From Microbacterium sp. (GTDB lineage: Bacteria; Actinomycetota; Actinomycetes; Actinomycetales; Microbacteriaceae): a stretch of 64,000 bases of DNA. The notes under the pieces were generated by a model, which was not told where the DNA came from, searched no databases, and was given only the letters and a program-made list of their open reading frames with translations. Where the stretch lies: NCBI GenBank assembly GCA_035630115.1, contig DASQLG010000109.1, positions 27,600 to 91,599 on the forward strand, written 5' to 3'. Within the stretch, counting starts at the first letter, position 1; the number at the start of each line of letters is the position of its first letter. Of the stretch, positions 1-12,878 are shown piece after piece. A program made the position numbers and the translations under genes.

Positions 1-226
1 AGCCGGTGCCGCCGTCGACGTGGATCACGTCGGCGCGGCCCTGCATCGACGCCTCGCGCGAGCTGAGCAGTGCGTCGACGGGCGCGGGGCGGCCTCCATC
101 GTTGACGACGATCAGGTGCCAATCCGGAAGCGTCTGATCGAGGACGTCGTCCAACGCCCGCGCGAGCAGGCGCTCGCGGTTCTTCGTACGGATGACGACG
201 CTCACTTGCTCGCGATAGGGGGACAA
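1..226 (-). CDS. GT2 family glycosyltransferase, N-terminal part (runs off the window edge)
   Basis: Not in the ORF track. Manual translation of the minus strand gives (M)SPYREQVSVVIRTKNRERLLARALDDVLDQTLPDWHLIVVNDGG, a typical GT2 N-terminus. Start is TTG at 226 (GAGGT upstream) or GTG at 205; in-frame stop upstream at 239-241; TACAAT -10-like hexamer at 285-290. Confidence 0.85.
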   Translation of the reverse strand, partial: MSPYREQVSVVIRTKNRERLLARALDDVLDQTLPDWHLIVVNDGGRPAPVDALLSSREASMQGRADVIHVDGGTG

Positions 227-362
227 CTCGTGAAGACCTCAGGGTTGGCTAGGCGGCGCCGACTGTCGGCGAGCACAAGTGGCAATTGTATCGGACCGAC
301 CCTGAACGCCAGCCGGGCCGAGCGGGGGCCGTCGAGCCCGACCGCCGACGCTGTGATCGCGG

Positions 363-3642
<3,280 letters not shown>

Positions 3643-3742
3643 CAGGCAATCCTGACACAGGCGCATGGCGGGCACGTTTCGCCATTTTACTTCAGTAACA
3701 CTGGTAACACGGGTTCGAATCCGACACAATGATCGAGTGCGC

Positions 3743-6121
3743 ATGAGCCGCCAGTACCTGAACCGCCATCACCTGAACCGCGCAGTCGCGCTGGGAGCCA
3801 TCCTCGCCTTGTGCCTGGGCGGCATCGTGACGGGTTCCGCTGCGGGCGCGGCGGAACGAGCGCCTGTCAGCGCTGCAGTGACGGATGCGGTGCCCTCATC
3901 CATCAGGCCGGCGGCAGATCTCTCCCTGTTCCGGCCTGGCAACATCATCAGTGATGCGACGTTCTTCGATTCCTCGACGATGTCGGCCGCGCAGATCCAG
4001 TCCTTCCTCCAGGGCAGGGTGCCCGCCTGCCAGTCCGGCTACATCTGCCTCAAGGACTGGACGGACACCTCCCGCACGGTTGCGGCAGACGCCATGTGCG
4101 GCCCGTACGCCGGTGTCGCGAACGAGCGGGCATCGCAGATCATCTTCAAGGTCGCGCAGGCCTGCGGCATAAACCCGCAGGTGCTCCTCGTGACGCTTCA
4201 GAAGGAACAGGGCCTGGTCACCCACACCTGGCCGAGCGACTGGCGGTACACGATCGCCATGGGACAGGGCTGCCCCGACACCGCGGCCTGCGACACCCGC
4301 TATTACGGGTTCTTCAATCAGGTCTACGGGGCCGCCTGGCAGATGAAGCGATACGCCAACCCGCCGGGAACGAGTGCTTACTTCACGTGGTACGCCCCGG
4401 GGCGGACCTGGAACGTGCTGTACAACCCGAACGTCGCCTGCGGGTCTTCGCCGGTCTTCATCGAGAACCAGGCGACGGCGAATCTGTACTACTACACGCC
4501 GTACCAGCCCAATGCTGCCGCGCTCCGCGCGGGATACGCCGAAGGCGACGGCTGCTCGGCGTATGGCAACCGCAACTTCTTCAACTACTTCACCGACTGG
4601 TTCGGCAGCACCCAGGCCGCAGGGGTGGCGCTCGCCAGAACGGCATCCGATCCCTCCGTCTATCTGCTCGCCGGTACTGCGCGCTGGCACGTCGCAGACG
4701 CCGAGGACTACGGCGAGCTGGCGCGGGCGTTCGGGCAGGCGAGGGTGGTCGGCGACGGTTTCCTCGCGACGTTCGCGGTGCGCGGAACAACCGGCGCGGT
4801 GCTGCACAATGCCGCCACAGGTGTCATGGCTCTGGTTCAGGGCGGCGCACTGCACCGGATCCCCACGTGCGAGTCCGCCGCGATGTGGGGATCGTCGTGC
4901 GGGGCCCCCACGACCGTGCCCCCCTCGATGCTGGCGAAGCTGGCAGCGGGACCGGACGTCGGGAGCTACTTCCGGCTGCGGTCGTCCTCCGGCTGGGGCC
5001 GATTCGAGGGTCCGTCAGCCGCCACGCCCCTGTACAACGAGGCCGCTGCCAGAGCGCTCAACGGCGACATGCGGGCTACTCCGTTCGCGCCCTATCTGCC
5101 GACCGCACGCTACGCCGCGTTGACGAAGGCTCCTCTCCTGTTCGCACCGGGACAGCTGGTGCGGGCGTCATCGGATCCTCGCGTGTACATGACCGCCGAC
5201 TTCGACCGCCTGCTCGCGGTGAACGCGTGGTCCGACGTGGCGGACTACAACCGTCTGCCGTCGGATCTGGCCACCGTGCCACCGACGGACCTGGCGCGCT
5301 ACCGTGCGGAGGGCGTCGTCGCGCCGACGCTGCGCTGCCCGACCGGCACCTACCTCCCCACCGGCGGCATCCTGCACCGCCTGGGGTCACCGGAGCGCGC
5401 GGGCCTCCCGGCGGTCGATGCCGCAGAGATCACCTGTGCGCAGTTCCCGGTCGGCAGTGCGGCTCCCGGCGCGGTCGCGCTGCGGGCGGCGGACGATGCA
5501 ACCGTCTTCGTCATCGAACAATCACAGCGGCGGCGCGCCGTCACGTGGAGCCACCTCCTCGAGCACAACGGCGGGTCCGCCCCGGTGGTGCTGGTGGTGA
5601 AGCCCACGACGCTGCAGGCGATCGCATTCGGACCGCCCATCGCCGATGGCACCCTCGTCAAGGGCACTGATGCGGCACTGGCGATGGTGAGTGGAACCAA
5701 CTCGCACTGGGTGGTGTCGTTCGACGTCGCCAGAGAGCTTGGTGTGCCGACCTCCTATCGGGCGGTCACCGACGCCGAGGTGGCGGCTCTCACTCCGGGT
5801 GAGACCCTCGGGCTCTGGGTCGACTGCGGCGGGATCATCGGGTTTGCGGCGAGCGGTCGCGTTCACACGGTCGCACCCGGGGCGGCGGCCGGATTCACCC
5901 CGGTCGGCCTGTCGGCATCGACCTGCGCGCGCCTCACGACCGATGTCGCCGGGCTGAGCAGGGTCTTCGTGAAGGCCCCCGGCTCGTCCACGGTGTTCCT
6001 CGCGGAGAACGGCGTGTACCGACCGATGGGCAGCTGGTCCGAGCTGCTGAGCGTGAGCGGGGGAACCCCGAGGATCCTCGCGATATCCGACGGGACGCTG
6101 GCGTCGCTGCCGCGGACCTAG
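3743..6121 (+). CDS. Secreted protein: Cys-rich N-terminal domain with a lysozyme-like motif plus about 9 C-terminal ~55-aa repeats (putative wall hydrolase)
   Basis: Signal peptide ([21 protein letters not shown]). [16 protein letters not shown] resembles the catalytic-Glu helix of lysozyme-like/SLT folds. Repeats such as [24 protein letters not shown] and [12 protein letters not shown]. Confidence 0.6.
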   Translation: MSRQYLNRHHLNRAVALGAILALCLGGIVTGSAAGAAERAPVSAAVTDAVPSSIRPAADLSLFRPGNIISDATFFDSSTMSAAQIQSFLQGRVPACQSGYICLKDWTDTSRTVAADAMCGPYAGVANERASQIIFKVAQACGINPQVLLVTLQKEQGLVTHTWPSDWRYTIAMGQGCPDTAACDTRYYGFFNQVYGAAWQMKRYANPPGTSAYFTWYAPGRTWNVLYNPNVACGSSPVFIENQATANLYYYTPYQPNAAALRAGYAEGDGCSAYGNRNFFNYFTDWFGSTQAAGVALARTASDPSVYLLAGTARWHVADAEDYGELARAFGQARVVGDGFLATFAVRGTTGAVLHNAATGVMALVQGGALHRIPTCESAAMWGSSCGAPTTVPPSMLAKLAAGPDVGSYFRLRSSSGWGRFEGPSAATPLYNEAAARALNGDMRATPFAPYLPTARYAALTKAPLLFAPGQLVRASSDPRVYMTADFDRLLAVNAWSDVADYNRLPSDLATVPPTDLARYRAEGVVAPTLRCPTGTYLPTGGILHRLGSPERAGLPAVDAAEITCAQFPVGSAAPGAVALRAADDATVFVIEQSQRRRAVTWSHLLEHNGGSAPVVLVVKPTTLQAIAFGPPIADGTLVKGTDAALAMVSGTNSHWVVSFDVARELGVPTSYRAVTDAEVAALTPGETLGLWVDCGGIIGFAASGRVHTVAPGAAAGFTPVGLSASTCARLTTDVAGLSRVFVKAPGSSTVFLAENGVYRPMGSWSELLSVSGGTPRILAISDGTLASLPRT

Positions 6122-8328
6122 GCTGAGTCGTCCGCGCGACGCTGCGACGATACGGTGAGACGCGAGCGTTTGCGGCGCGCGCGGACGAGGATCGCCGACC
6201 ACACGGCGATGACCAGAACCGCGACGGCGATGCAGGCGAGGGCGATGGCGAGGCCCGCCGGGCGGAACTGCAGTTCCACGGTGCCGGAGTCCTCGCTCAC
6301 ATCCAGGGTGACGAGGAACCCGTCGGCGGGGGCGCCCAGAGTCGCGCCGCTGGCGGTGTAACCGGGCCACGCGAGCCTGCTGAAGGTGACGGTTCCGCCT
6401 TCGGCGGGCGCGCTGTCGACCGTGAACCGGACGCTCTCCTGAGTCTGCACGACATCCGAGACCTGCACTCCTGGCGAGGTGGCCACGATGCCACCCGCAC
6501 GACCGACCGGCTCGTCGCGCACCCACAGCTGCGTGAACTGACCGTCGTCGGCGACATGCCAGCCACTCGGCGGGTCATCGATGTATCGCTGCGTCTCGTC
6601 GGACTTGATGATCTGAACGGAGTCGACCGCTATCTCATCGGCGAGCGTGAGCCCGGTTGCATCGCGCACGGTGAAGAGATTCTCGGCGAGGGCGGGGCAC
6701 GTCTGGCCGAGATAGCCGAGGCAGAGCGTGCTGTTGAACCCGTTGAACCCGAGAAGCTGATACCGGTTCACGACCGACTGCGGATTCACGTACCACGAGT
6801 TCGCGAAGAGCGTCTCGCGCCACAGCTCGGGGGAGGGCTCCAGCGCGAGCGGGTCGCCGACGACGATCGTGTCGCCGACCGCCTCGGGAAGCTGAATCTG
6901 CAGCTGCTCGATCTGGGTCGGCACCTGCTCATCCGCCCAGATGGATCGCGGATACACAGCCTGCTGCAGGGTGAACACCGCAATCCCGACCACGGCGAAT
7001 GCCGTCCCGAGGGCCAGCAGCCGTGCGTGCGCGGCACGGATCCGCAGCAGGATGAGGATGACGACCGCCACGCCGCCGGCGGCGAGGACGGCCGCCAGCC
7101 CGTAGCGGCGCAGATACTGAGGCACCTGCGCCCAGGTGAGGAAGAACGATGCGGCCAGCAGTGCGAAGGCCAGGATGATCCGCGAGCGGCTGACCCGGCG
7201 CGCCCGGTCCAGGCCCACCGCCAACAGCAGGATCGCGCACAGCGCTACGTAGGGCAGCATCCGAGTCGGATAGCGGAGGGGTCCGATGACGGTCGGAAGC
7301 ATGAGGAACGTGGCGAAGACGCCGAGACCGACCAGAACGTCCACCAGCCGCGGATTGACGCGCAGCAGCATCCTCCAGCGCACGATCGCGACGAGCGGGA
7401 GTGCCCAGCAGATGTACGCGAGCGGGACCGGAGCGGTCAGACCGGACCACCACCACGCCGCAACCTGGGGAAGCGCTGTCGCGATGGGGGACATCGCCGC
7501 CCCAGACAGGTCTACCGTCATGTACTGGTCCATGAAGATCGAGCTGCCCCCGCGATTGGTGACCGGCGCGGTGAGAAGGCTCGTGATGTGGACCGCGACG
7601 GCGATGAGTCCCAGTGGCACGCCCACCAGCAGCACTCGCCACAAGGCGCGCCACTCACGCCGAATCGCTCGCACCGTGGCCGTCAGGCCGATGATCAGCG
7701 CCAGCGCGATGGTGCCGTGGACATAGCCGATGGAGATCAGGAGGTAGCCCGCGACGAACGCCGGAATCGGGCCGGATGCGCCGCGGGCAAGACGCGCCAC
7801 GAAGGCCCACGCCCACGTGAGGAGGCTCCACGCGAACAGGCCCGTCACCCACGAGGGCGCATCGAAGTAGGTCGTGAACCCCGAGAACGGAGCCAGGCTG
7901 CCCACCGCGAATGCGAAGACCGGGCGAGCCCCGAACTCACGGGCGAGCACGTAGGCTCCGAGCGAGCCGATGACGATGGCGACGATCTTCACGATCGTCG
8001 TGAAGACCGCGGCGTTCGCGGCAAAGCTCGCGAGCACGCTGATCAGGATGATCAGCGGGTTGAAGAAGCCCCACTGGCCCTCTGCCGCCAGATTGCCGCT
8101 CGACCACACGCTCGGCTCGAGCAGGGGCAACCTGCCCTCGCGGAGGCTGCTTCCGAGATGGAACCACTGGCCGAATGCGCCGTTGACCGTGTCGTCGACG
8201 AAGTAGTGCAGTCGATTGAACACCAGCGGCACGATCGCGGTGATGAGGACGATCACCGCTGTCGCCGCGAACCAGAGGGGGTCCCGCGACACGATCCGCG
8301 TCGGGCGGGCGAGGGACCCTGTGCTCAC
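6118..8328 (-). CDS. Polytopic GT-C-like (YfhO-like) membrane glycosyltransferase
   Basis: More than 10 hydrophobic segments; acidic DD motif after the first TM (YFVDDT..AFGQW); large C-terminal external domain ending FSRLAWPGY plus a TM. GTG start at 8328 with GGAG/GAGG upstream. Confidence 0.7.
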   Translation of the reverse strand: MSTGSLARPTRIVSRDPLWFAATAVIVLITAIVPLVFNRLHYFVDDTVNGAFGQWFHLGSSLREGRLPLLEPSVWSSGNLAAEGQWGFFNPLIILISVLASFAANAAVFTTIVKIVAIVIGSLGAYVLAREFGARPVFAFAVGSLAPFSGFTTYFDAPSWVTGLFAWSLLTWAWAFVARLARGASGPIPAFVAGYLLISIGYVHGTIALALIIGLTATVRAIRREWRALWRVLLVGVPLGLIAVAVHITSLLTAPVTNRGGSSIFMDQYMTVDLSGAAMSPIATALPQVAAWWWSGLTAPVPLAYICWALPLVAIVRWRMLLRVNPRLVDVLVGLGVFATFLMLPTVIGPLRYPTRMLPYVALCAILLLAVGLDRARRVSRSRIILAFALLAASFFLTWAQVPQYLRRYGLAAVLAAGGVAVVILILLRIRAAHARLLALGTAFAVVGIAVFTLQQAVYPRSIWADEQVPTQIEQLQIQLPEAVGDTIVVGDPLALEPSPELWRETLFANSWYVNPQSVVNRYQLLGFNGFNSTLCLGYLGQTCPALAENLFTVRDATGLTLADEIAVDSVQIIKSDETQRYIDDPPSGWHVADDGQFTQLWVRDEPVGRAGGIVATSPGVQVSDVVQTQESVRFTVDSAPAEGGTVTFSRLAWPGYTASGATLGAPADGFLVTLDVSEDSGTVELQFRPAGLAIALACIAVAVLVIAVWSAILVRARRKRSRLTVSSQRRADDSA

Positions 8329-8436
8329 GCCGTCCTCAGTCTCTCCACCGGGTCTGCCGGTCCAGTTCCGCCTCCGCTGCACGCGCGGGGAGCGACGATC
8401 TCCCGATCGCCCCACGGAGAATAACACGACGCATCT

Positions 8437-8473
8437 TCGCGGCCCGTGTCGTGCACACGACGCGGGTCCGCGA
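8437..8473. repeat. Strong inverted repeat in the divergent intergenic region
   Basis: TCGCGG-CCCGTGTCGTG-ca-CACGACGCGGG-t-CCGCGA, lying between the -10-like hexamers TATTCT (minus, 8418-8423) and TAGCCT (plus, 8499-8504). Confidence 0.7.
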
Positions 8474-8510
8474 GCCGGAGGCGCGGCGGGGTCGTTGATA
8501 GCCTCGGTGT

Positions 8511-10733
8511 GTGCAGCGAACGGTCGTCGGTCCCCAGTCGGAGGCGGTAGCGGGCGACGGCACCCGGTCAGCGGTGAGGGGGCGGCTGCCCGGCGCAGCG
8601 CTCACGACCGCACTGGTCGCGATTCTGGTCTACTGCGCCGCTCGGATCGTGAGAGAGCCGCGGTTCTTCTTCTGGGATGACACGCAGCTCGGGGCCTTCG
8701 GCCAATGGTACGGACTGGGATCCCGCATTCTCTCGGGCGACGTCTCGCTGCTTTCGCCAGGATCGTGGCAGGGCGGGAACTACCTCGCCGAGGGCCAGTG
8801 GGGCCTGTGGAACCCCGCGACCTGGCTCGTCGCCCTCGGCTCCCACCTGTTCGACGGGGCTACCGGCTATGCGACTTTCATCAAGGTCGCCTTCCTCCTC
8901 GTGCTGTGTCTGGGTGCCTACCTCGTCGCGCGCGAGTACGGCGCCTCCGCGTGGTGGGCCGCCTTGGCAGGCTTCAGCGCGAGTGTCGGCGGGCAGACCG
9001 TGTTCATGGACGCGCCGTCATGGGTCACCGGTCTCCAGAACGTCGCGCTCTTCGCGCTGTGCTGGTGGGCGCTGAAGCGACACGTCGACCGCGGTCGGAG
9101 CCCGATCCTGTTCTTCGTGTTCGCGTACCTTCTGATCACGTTCGGCTACGTCTTCGGCGTGATGGAGCTCGCATTCCTGCTCATCGTGATGCTGGTGGAC
9201 GCCCTGGTGCGTCGTGCTCGCGGCGCGTCGCTGCGCGTCCTCGTGCTGGGGGTGTTCTCCGCCCTGCTCACCGTCTTCGTGTATCTCCCGGGCGTGCTCA
9301 CCTCGCCCGTCACTGCTCGATCGGGTTCCGACATCCTGAACGACCAATTCCTCAACATGGATTTGGGCGATCTCGCCACGTCGCCGATCACGACAGCCGT
9401 GAGCTCGGTGCGGGGGTACTGGGGCGACCTGCTGCCGGTCCCGCTGCAGTACGTGACCTGGCTTCTTCCGCTCTTCGTGATCGTCGGAGTCGCCGGCTGG
9501 CGCCCGCTGAAGACGATCGTCGTCCCTCTGCTGATGCTCGCCCTCACGACGGCGTTCGTCATCGGACCCAGCGTGATCGGTCCGTTGCGCTACCCGGCAC
9601 GGATGATGCCGTACGTGGTTCTGAGCGTCGTGATCATCTTCGCGGTCGTCGCGACTCGGGGCTGGCCACAGCGCGCGAGCAGCCTCCGAGTGACGCTCGC
9701 CGTCTGCATCACCGTCGTCTGCGGGTGGCTGGCATGGGCTGCCCAGCCTTCGTCGTGGGCGTGGGTCGCGGTAGCGACCGCCCTCCAAGTCGCGTTGATC
9801 GTCATCGCGCTGAGGTGGCGCCGGCTGGAGCGGCCGGCACTCCGATCGGTCACCCCGGCCGCTGCCTTCCTGTTGGTCGCATCGCTCGTGGTCCTCGTGC
9901 CGCAGGTGGCTCGGTTCCCGTCCAGCCCGCTCGGCAACTTCAACGTGCCGTCGTCCGTCCCCGCGATGAGTGCCGTCGGAGATGACATGGATGCGGGCAT
10001 CATGGCGGTCGGCGACGTCTACTCCCTCCAGTCGCACCCCGAGTCGTACGAGGAGTCGCTGGTCGCGAACCTCTGGTACGTGACCGGCAAGGACTCCGCG
10101 AGCGTCTACACGGTTCTTCCCTTCACCGCGTTCTCCAAGGAGCTGTGCGTCGACCTGCGTGGGCGGACCTGTCCCGAGGCGCTGGACACACTGTTCGAGG
10201 ATGCGGCACAGCCGCTCGCCGACGACATGGCCTTGAACACGGTCGTCGTGATCAAGGGCGAAGGCTTGAAGGACGAGCCGGATGCGCCCGACGGCTGGAC
10301 GGTGGATGCGGGAGAGTACACGTGGACCCTCCATCGCGACACTCCCGTCGATGGGGCCGGCGGTGTCGTGCGGACGACTCCCGACACGGCGGTGACGGTG
10401 CTGGCGCGCGACGACGTGAGCGTCACCCTTCGTGTCGACGACGCCCCCGAAGCGGGCGGAGAGGTGGTCTTCAGCCGGCTCGCGTGGCCGGGATACTCCG
10501 CGTCGGCGGGCTCACTCGTCGAGCCCGACCGTGGCTTCCTGCTGACCCTGGCGGTCGATCAGCAGGACGTGGGGACGACGATCGAGGTCACGTTCCGCCC
10601 GCCGGGGTGGACGATCGAGATCGCGTCCGCCGTGCTCGCCCTGCTCATCGCAGCGGCCTGGTCGGCGGCATGGACGTGGGCGCGCAGGTCAGGCCGGTCG
10701 GCTCGGGCGGGCGGCGTGTGGGCCGTGGACTGA
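8511..10733 (+). CDS. Polytopic GT-C-like (YfhO-like) membrane glycosyltransferase, paralog of 6118-8328
   Basis: Shares FFWDDT..AFGQW, AEGQWG.WNP, DAPSWVTGL, GPLRYP.RM.PYV and FSRLAWPGY with its divergent neighbour. Confidence 0.7.
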   Translation: MQRTVVGPQSEAVAGDGTRSAVRGRLPGAALTTALVAILVYCAARIVREPRFFFWDDTQLGAFGQWYGLGSRILSGDVSLLSPGSWQGGNYLAEGQWGLWNPATWLVALGSHLFDGATGYATFIKVAFLLVLCLGAYLVAREYGASAWWAALAGFSASVGGQTVFMDAPSWVTGLQNVALFALCWWALKRHVDRGRSPILFFVFAYLLITFGYVFGVMELAFLLIVMLVDALVRRARGASLRVLVLGVFSALLTVFVYLPGVLTSPVTARSGSDILNDQFLNMDLGDLATSPITTAVSSVRGYWGDLLPVPLQYVTWLLPLFVIVGVAGWRPLKTIVVPLLMLALTTAFVIGPSVIGPLRYPARMMPYVVLSVVIIFAVVATRGWPQRASSLRVTLAVCITVVCGWLAWAAQPSSWAWVAVATALQVALIVIALRWRRLERPALRSVTPAAAFLLVASLVVLVPQVARFPSSPLGNFNVPSSVPAMSAVGDDMDAGIMAVGDVYSLQSHPESYEESLVANLWYVTGKDSASVYTVLPFTAFSKELCVDLRGRTCPEALDTLFEDAAQPLADDMALNTVVVIKGEGLKDEPDAPDGWTVDAGEYTWTLHRDTPVDGAGGVVRTTPDTAVTVLARDDVSVTLRVDDAPEAGGEVVFSRLAWPGYSASAGSLVEPDRGFLLTLAVDQQDVGTTIEVTFRPPGWTIEIASAVLALLIAAAWSAAWTWARRSGRSARAGGVWAVD

Positions 10734-10753
10734 GCCCTGCGCGCCGCGAACGT

Positions 10754-11686
10754 TCACATCCGGGCGCTGCCCCCGCCGAGAGTCGCCAGCTGCGCGCGAT
10801 AGAGACTGTCCAGACCCTCGGGCAGCGTCGTGCGGACGAGCGCGTCGAGATCTGTCCACACCTCTGAGCGAACGCGCAGATCGGAGGCCTGACCGGCGCC
10901 GCTCCCCTGACCGAGGATGACCGGTGCCCGCTGACCTCGAAGCCGTCGATTCTCTCCTAGGATCGCGCCGATGGACTGCGCAGCCATCGCGCCGACGATC
11001 TTGATCACTGTCGTGCCCTGCGGCTCGCGAGCGGCGCGGTCGGTGCCCGCGACGATGACGCGTGCACAGTCGTCTTCGTAGATGTAGTCACGCAGCGTGT
11101 CGAGCGACACGAAGATCGAGACGGGTCGCCGGGTCAGGTAGCTCGCAACGATCACGGAGAGCAGGCCCTGCCCCTTCCCGAGATCCTGCCCCGGACCGTA
11201 GAGGTTCGTGATGCGGGCGATGAACGACCGCCAGCCACCCTCGTCGGTCGCCTCCGCGAGTGACTGCTCCATGGCCATCTTGGTCATGCCGTACGCGGAA
11301 GACGGCTGCACGGGCGTCGATTCGGTGAAGGGCGGCTCGCTCGATCCGCCATAGGCGCCCCCGACTGACGACGCCAGGAACACTGCGAGTCTCGACCGGT
11401 CTCCGTCGGGCAGAGCGTTCAGGAGCGCGAGGAAGCCCTGGAAGACGGCAAGCTCGCTGTCCAGTTGCGCAGCGGGTGATGAGGTGACCCCCTTGCCCGC
11501 GCACCAGTAGATCTCGATTCGCTCCGCCGGCGAGCCCGCCAGCCGAGCGAGCCCGCCGCGGAGATCGTCGATGGCCGACTCCGGCTCCTGCCATCGGATC
11601 GCAGAACTCATCGACTCGGGACCTGATGCTCTCGCGACAGCGGATCCGAGCAGGCCGCGCCCGATGATCCATCTAGCGGTTCGCAT
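10754..11686 (-). CDS. NAD-dependent epimerase/dehydratase (extended SDR)
   Basis: N-terminal IIGRGLLG, LASSVGGAYG, catalytic YGMTK, RITNLYGPGQ, RDYIY. Confidence 0.85.
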   Translation of the reverse strand: MRTARWIIGRGLLGSAVARASGPESMSSAIRWQEPESAIDDLRGGLARLAGSPAERIEIYWCAGKGVTSSPAAQLDSELAVFQGFLALLNALPDGDRSRLAVFLASSVGGAYGGSSEPPFTESTPVQPSSAYGMTKMAMEQSLAEATDEGGWRSFIARITNLYGPGQDLGKGQGLLSVIVASYLTRRPVSIFVSLDTLRDYIYEDDCARVIVAGTDRAAREPQGTTVIKIVGAMAAQSIGAILGENRRLRGQRAPVILGQGSGAGQASDLRVRSEVWTDLDALVRTTLPEGLDSLYRAQLATLGGGSARM

Positions 11687-12686
11687 CGCCGGGTGCATGG
11701 CCGAGCGGACCTGCGGCCGGATCCCGGACGATCAGATAGGCGGGCTTGCCGAGCGCGGCGTTCACAGCCACCCCGAGATATTCGGCGATGATCCCGAGGG
11801 AGACCAGGATCACCCCGAAGCCGACCGCGGTGAGCACCATCTGCGAGGTCCAGCCTTCGGGAATGTCGCCGGCAGCGAAACGCACCACCACCAGGTAGAG
11901 CGCGAAGAGGATGCCGCCGATGAAGAAGAGCACGCCGACTCCTGTCACCAGGCGCAGCCCTCTCGTCCCCGACGTCAGGATCATGCGCCAGAAGTGAGCG
12001 AACAGGCGCCGGTACGAGTATCCCGAACGACGATCGCCCTCTTCGCGGAGCGTTACCGGTGCGGTCACCACGTTGGCTGCGACCCACCCCAGCGCGACGT
12101 CGAGGTAGACCCCGTTTCCGGCGTAGGCGGCGACGCTGCGGGCGATCTCGCCGAGGATGAGGCGATAGCTGTTGAAGTGCGAGGCCTTGCCCCCGCCGAA
12201 GACCGATTCCAGCAGCCGCTTCGACGTCTTGGATGCGCTGTTGCGCACGAAGCCGTGCGGCGGCCGATTGACGGGTTCCGCGTAGACCAGATCCGCTCCC
12301 CGACCCAGGGCCACGTCGAGGAGGGTGGCGACGTAGGCCGGGTCGTGCTGGCCGTCTTCATCCATGGTCACCACCCAGTCGCCGCCGGAGCTCGCGATCC
12401 CCGCGAGCGTGGCAGCGTGCTGTCCGAAGTTGCGGCTCAGCCACACCGGCTTGATCCACGTATGCGCTTCCGCGAGCTCGCGGATCACGACATCGGATCC
12501 GTCGGGACCGCGATCGAACGCGAGCACGACCTCATCGACCCGGGCGGCGTGCCCCGACGGCGTGGTGAATCCCTCGACGAGCGGTGATACCTCCGCGATG
12601 ACCGATCGAAGCGTCGCCGCTCCCTGGTAGACCGGGATCACGACGCTGATCCGATGCGTGAACGTGGCGTCGGCGGATGCGCTCAC
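11673..12686 (-). CDS. GtrB/ArnC-like polyprenyl-phosphate glycosyltransferase (GT2 plus two C-terminal TMs)
   Basis: ISVVIPVY, SRNFGQHAA, TMDEDGQHDP, two C-terminal TM helices ending LGIIAEYLG...KPAY. Confidence 0.88.
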   Translation of the reverse strand: MSASADATFTHRISVVIPVYQGAATLRSVIAEVSPLVEGFTTPSGHAARVDEVVLAFDRGPDGSDVVIRELAEAHTWIKPVWLSRNFGQHAATLAGIASSGGDWVVTMDEDGQHDPAYVATLLDVALGRGADLVYAEPVNRPPHGFVRNSASKTSKRLLESVFGGGKASHFNSYRLILGEIARSVAAYAGNGVYLDVALGWVAANVVTAPVTLREEGDRRSGYSYRRLFAHFWRMILTSGTRGLRLVTGVGVLFFIGGILFALYLVVVRFAAGDIPEGWTSQMVLTAVGFGVILVSLGIIAEYLGVAVNAALGKPAYLIVRDPAAGPLGHAPGDANR

Positions 12687-12878
12687 CGCGATGTCCTCTT
12701 CAGGTGTCGGTTCGGGATGCAGCGACGCATGTCCGGGTGCGACGCGGGGGCAGTGGACTCCGCCGCCCGGCCTGGTATATAGGTAACGGATCGCATGGAT
12801 ACCATTCTGACAGCGATGTTCCACCAAGCCGCATCGACCGACTCGATGCGATCGTCGCAGGTCCGATGCGGGGGAGCA

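Noticed and set aside
3709-3725. GGTTCGAATCC, resembling a tRNA T-loop
   Set aside because: Only 2 bp of T-stem can form, and no acceptor, D or anticodon arms are present.
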